Made by a program: the position numbers and the translations under genes. The notes beneath the pieces are model-generated. The model was given only the letters and a program-made list of their open reading frames with translations. It had not been told where the DNA came from and searched no databases. A stretch of 64,000 nucleotides of DNA from Diadema antillarum (lineage: Eukaryota): NCBI RefSeq assembly GCF_040938485.1, contig NW_027272847.1, forward strand, positions 1 through 64,000, in the 5' to 3' direction. Of this stretch, positions 60,218 to 64,000 are shown piece by piece (within the stretch, counting starts at the first letter, position 1; each line of letters begins with the position of its first letter).

Positions 60218-61410
60218 AGGGATAGTACAGTATTGGTGGAGATGAGAATTGGGCTTTTAACTTTTTGTGAGATACCAAGAAAACACCTATGATATTGTAC
60301 AGAACATACCATTTTAAGAAGAATTCAAAGTTTATATAATGAAAGTCGGGTTTGGAATGACTGAAACATCCAAAAACAAAGTAAAACAAAGCGATCGTAA
60401 TAAAGTGTGGGTCCCAATTGGGGGATAATACTTTGTGTGGATTTTAGGGTCACAGGGTCAAAGGTCAAAGGTCACAGGTTATTTTGCGAAAAAAAAATTG
60501 AAATTTCATGTTTTTCTCCATATCTCGCAAATGGTTCAAGGTATCTTCATGGAACTTAGTATATATGCTTGTACTGATGGGCAGTGATTATCTAGGGAAG
60601 TTGGGGTCGTGGGTCAAAGGTCAGGGGGTCAAAGGTCAAGGTCAACTCCTCAAAATATCACTACTTTCCTTAGAATGCAATATGCCTGAAGGTTTTTTTT
60701 TTTATACTTGATGTATGGCATGTATTACCCAATATATATTTTTGGGGAAGTTTCTTGCCAAAAAGTCAAAGGTCAAAGGTCAAGTGAAAGTGCTAAATTG
60801 CACTTTTTCCTCCATATCTCGAAAGTAACTCCAGGTATCATCATGAAACTTACATATTTATGCATGTTCAACCTAACTCTTTTTAACTGTGAGGTCAAAG
60901 GTCAAAGGCCAGGTTTAGATAATGCTATTTTCCCATTTGATACTGAAATTATACTTTTCCTCAATACCTTGAAAATTACTCAATGCATAAACTTATAAAA
61001 GGGTCAAAAGTCAAGTAAAAATCATCAGTTTCCCAAATACCTGCACTCTGACATTTTAATCATTCATCCAATTGAACCTAGTTCTAGGAAAGTGAACATT
61101 CAGCACATTTGTGTCAAACCTGTCCTTTTAATATTTTGCCAGTTGTGTGAAACTGTCATCACACATTGTCAAGACATTGTACTATAGACCTATTAGGAGA
61201 ACCATGCATTATGGCGGAGGCATATAAGTAGCCGTAGTGATATGTCTAGTTGGATATATTAGCCATTTCAAAAACAATTTTCATCAAATAAACGTTGAAT
61301 TCCTCGTAGAATTACATGCTCTTTCATATTTCATAAGAGGTTTCTCACTATCTCACCGAAGAAATGTGAGAAACCTGAAATTAGGTCTCAACCGAAACTG
61401 TACGATCCCT
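60218..61410 (-). mobile_element. Kolobok-type MITE, copy B (inverted relative to copy A), interrupted by an ~830-bp insert
   Basis: 60218-60416 and 61251-61410 align to the reverse complement of copy A; TTAA at 60214-60217 and 61411-61414. Confidence 0.85.
60417..61250 (+). mobile_element. Probable 5'-deleted Helentron/HINE-type element (AAGGTCA-rich) inside MITE copy B
   Basis: Repeated GGTCAAAGGTCA; 3' end GGCGGAGGCATA..GTAGCCGTAG..TCTAGT followed by T; inserted at a T-run of the host. Confidence 0.5.
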
Positions 61411-64000
61411 TTAAGTGTCAAAACCAAGGACTGCAGCCTGCAGCTTTATGTTTCATGATACCCACAGGACACAATGTTCATTCATGATTCAGAACTGGTA
61501 TTCAAACAATCATGCCGCATCTAACTGATTTCATTCCAAGCATTCACTGAGCTGAGCTGCTGACATTTCAATCAAAGTCACATTCTCCTCATCGATAAAT
61601 TCGCCTACCCTACGTGTACAAGATGGTCAAATCGGCCAACTCGACGGCCACTGCTTGCAACAAAGAGGGTTCACGGTTCACCGAAGTGTTCAAACTCCTT
61701 GAAATAAAGCTATATCTGTACACAATACAGTGTTACAGCCTACTGAGCAGTAACAGGTAACTGTATACTTTTTATGTACATTATAAATTAGATTGGACCT
61801 CTAGCTAAAGCTAAGGCACAGTTCTGTACCTGTGACATAATAAAAGCCCTACCCATTGTTTGCTAGCAATAACAATATCTCTGTTCACTCTTTTGTTGCT
61901 TGCACAATGACTGCTTGCTACAATGTACGATGTCTCTGTTCAGTAACGTTATGTCTCTGGTCTCTGCTATCAAGTGCAATTCCACACTATTTTTAAGACG
62001 GCTGTTTAAAAATAGTTTAGAACAGAGTGATAGAGGTTTTCTCAAATCAGACGTTGTACCCTGTACACAGAAAGTAATGAATTTTAAAGTTTCATGGTTT
62101 TTAACCTACATGTAACAGTGATACAGGTAATAGTGGCAAACGCATACAGTACAATCCAATCATAATGAACATGGTTGCAACAAAACTCTACAACGAAACA
62201 AAAATCGAGGTCTAAAAATCATTATTCCATCTTTATATACTTTGTACTATTCAGCTATAATGAAAGAAAACTGCCAGTCCCCAGTATTTTGCTATTGAAC
62301 AGGAGTGCACTGTACTCAAATTACAAGAGATAACAATTACATGTACAGTGTACAGTGTATGTAAGTTGATGATGTCACAGTTTCACAAGTTTCCTACTGA
62401 TCTACACACAAATCTTCACTCACAACTTTTTGTTCAATGTTGTTCATGTTGTTTTTTTTCACATGATATCAATTCCAACAATAACCCACCTTACCATAGA
62501 CATGATCTTGTTCATTAAGCTGGTAATTGGTACATTGTAACTTGTTTTATTTTATTTGGTTGGTTTTAGTTGTCTTTTTTTTTTTTTTTTTTTTTTTTGG
62601 GGGGGGGGGGGGGGGGGTAATTATGACCGTATCTAATGTGTATTGTAAAACATTGTCAAACGCACAGAAAGTTGGTATCGCATTCACCATCCCCTTTCAT
62701 AGCTAAACTGGGTTCCCGTGGTCAATACATCTTTGTCTCTAATTTGTCACTATTCATAAAAAACCCAATAATAATAAAAAATAAATATAGGCAACTTTTG
62801 TTGAATTACATTGTATACTACACCTTATTTCATGTCCATTAATATTCAAATGCAATTCAAAAACTTGGCTTTTTTTTTTTCGTATACAGCTATGCAGCAC
62901 AAAGGAATTAAATGGATATGAGCTGCTTTACTACTGTTGCATTATTGGCAATATAAATGCACATTAAGAAAAATGTTTGTGTGTGTGTGTAATAAACAAA
63001 TACCTAGATTCTTTCTCCCTCTCCTCTTTTTTTTTCTTGTTTTAATTTTATGCATATGTCACATCTATAGGCAACCTGATAGAACAACATACTACATTTT
63101 ACAGTGAATTGTGAAAGTAAACACTTCATTCATTCTTACGATCTAATTTGCAGTCAAAAGAGAAATATGACTTACACACAACCTTACATATATGTACTAA
63201 ACACGTAAGTACTATCAAAGCCAACACACACTTTCTATTTTTATACATCTCGGGGTCTACAAAAGAAATCTTCATACTCTCCCTTCCCTTGAGAGTTAAT
63301 CACACAAAACAAAAGTGCTAATTAAGGAGGATCTAGACTCTTCCTTTACAGGAAGGACCTAGGTAAACATTACTGTGTCTCAATTACTTTAGTTATAAAG
63401 AACAAGTTTGTACCTTTCCTGCTCTCCTCTGCCAAGTCAATATCATTTCCTGCTTGTGTTGCAAGTAGTGTGACTTGCTCACTTGACTTGGCCCATGGAC
63501 GAAATAAAATATTCATAATCTGGTGGGAGGGGAGATTAGGGTAGCCAACTTGCATTACACTATACAGTGTACCTCTTCTCCTTCTTTTTTTATCTCCATG
63601 ATGAAACTCAACTGTCATAAAAATTGCTCAGCCACCTTTACTTTGATGTTGCACACAGGGCAGCTGTTTGGTGTTTTTTTTTTTTTGGTTTTTTGGTTTT
63701 TTGGTTGTTTTTTTTAATGCAACTCTCATGCTACTGGTGAAAGTGCACTGATAGGACTTACTTGTATTTCAAGAGTGCCCCTGCATTATAAGCTTTTTCA
63801 AGTTATTGATGAACCATCAAAAACTAAATTGTATTCATCTTTGGTATATTACTTATGATCAGCAGAATTGGGTATGTTCCTGCTTACATGTAAAATGACT
63901 TTATGTATCTAAAGGCCAATAGATGTAATCAACATGTGCATGAGGAATAAACAAAAAACTTTTGGTTTGTGCCATCACAACATTTTTTTAAATAATTTAT

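Overview
AT-rich animal genomic DNA, probably from a marine invertebrate deuterostome such as an echinoderm (a guess from repeat types, not established), with two N-gaps. One protein-coding gene dominates the window: a minus-strand NEDD4-family HECT E3 ubiquitin ligase of the WWP1/WWP2/ITCH/Su(dx) subfamily (C2, low-complexity linker, four WW domains, HECT). I reconstructed 20 coding exons by hand with GT-AG boundaries and consistent phases: ATG at 51367, TAA at 4135-4137, 2808 nt, 935 aa. The first coding exon has a splice acceptor, so the transcription start lies further upstream and was not located. The introns are dense with non-autonomous transposons: Kolobok-type TTAA MITEs, Tc1/mariner-type TA MITEs, PIF/Harbinger- and hAT-like MITEs, Helentron-type (HINE) elements (one carrying a ~322-bp tandem array), an L2/CR1-type LINE 3' fragment and tRNA-derived SINE heads. 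The most interesting non-gene signal is a strong excess of TACATGTA and (CATGTA)n runs. One paralogue comparison suggests these are accumulated Tc1/mariner excision footprints. I found no CRISPR array, rRNA, intact tRNA or autonomous transposase, and nothing that can be called a new biological system without further checks. Family assignments of repeats rest on TIR/TSD structure only.
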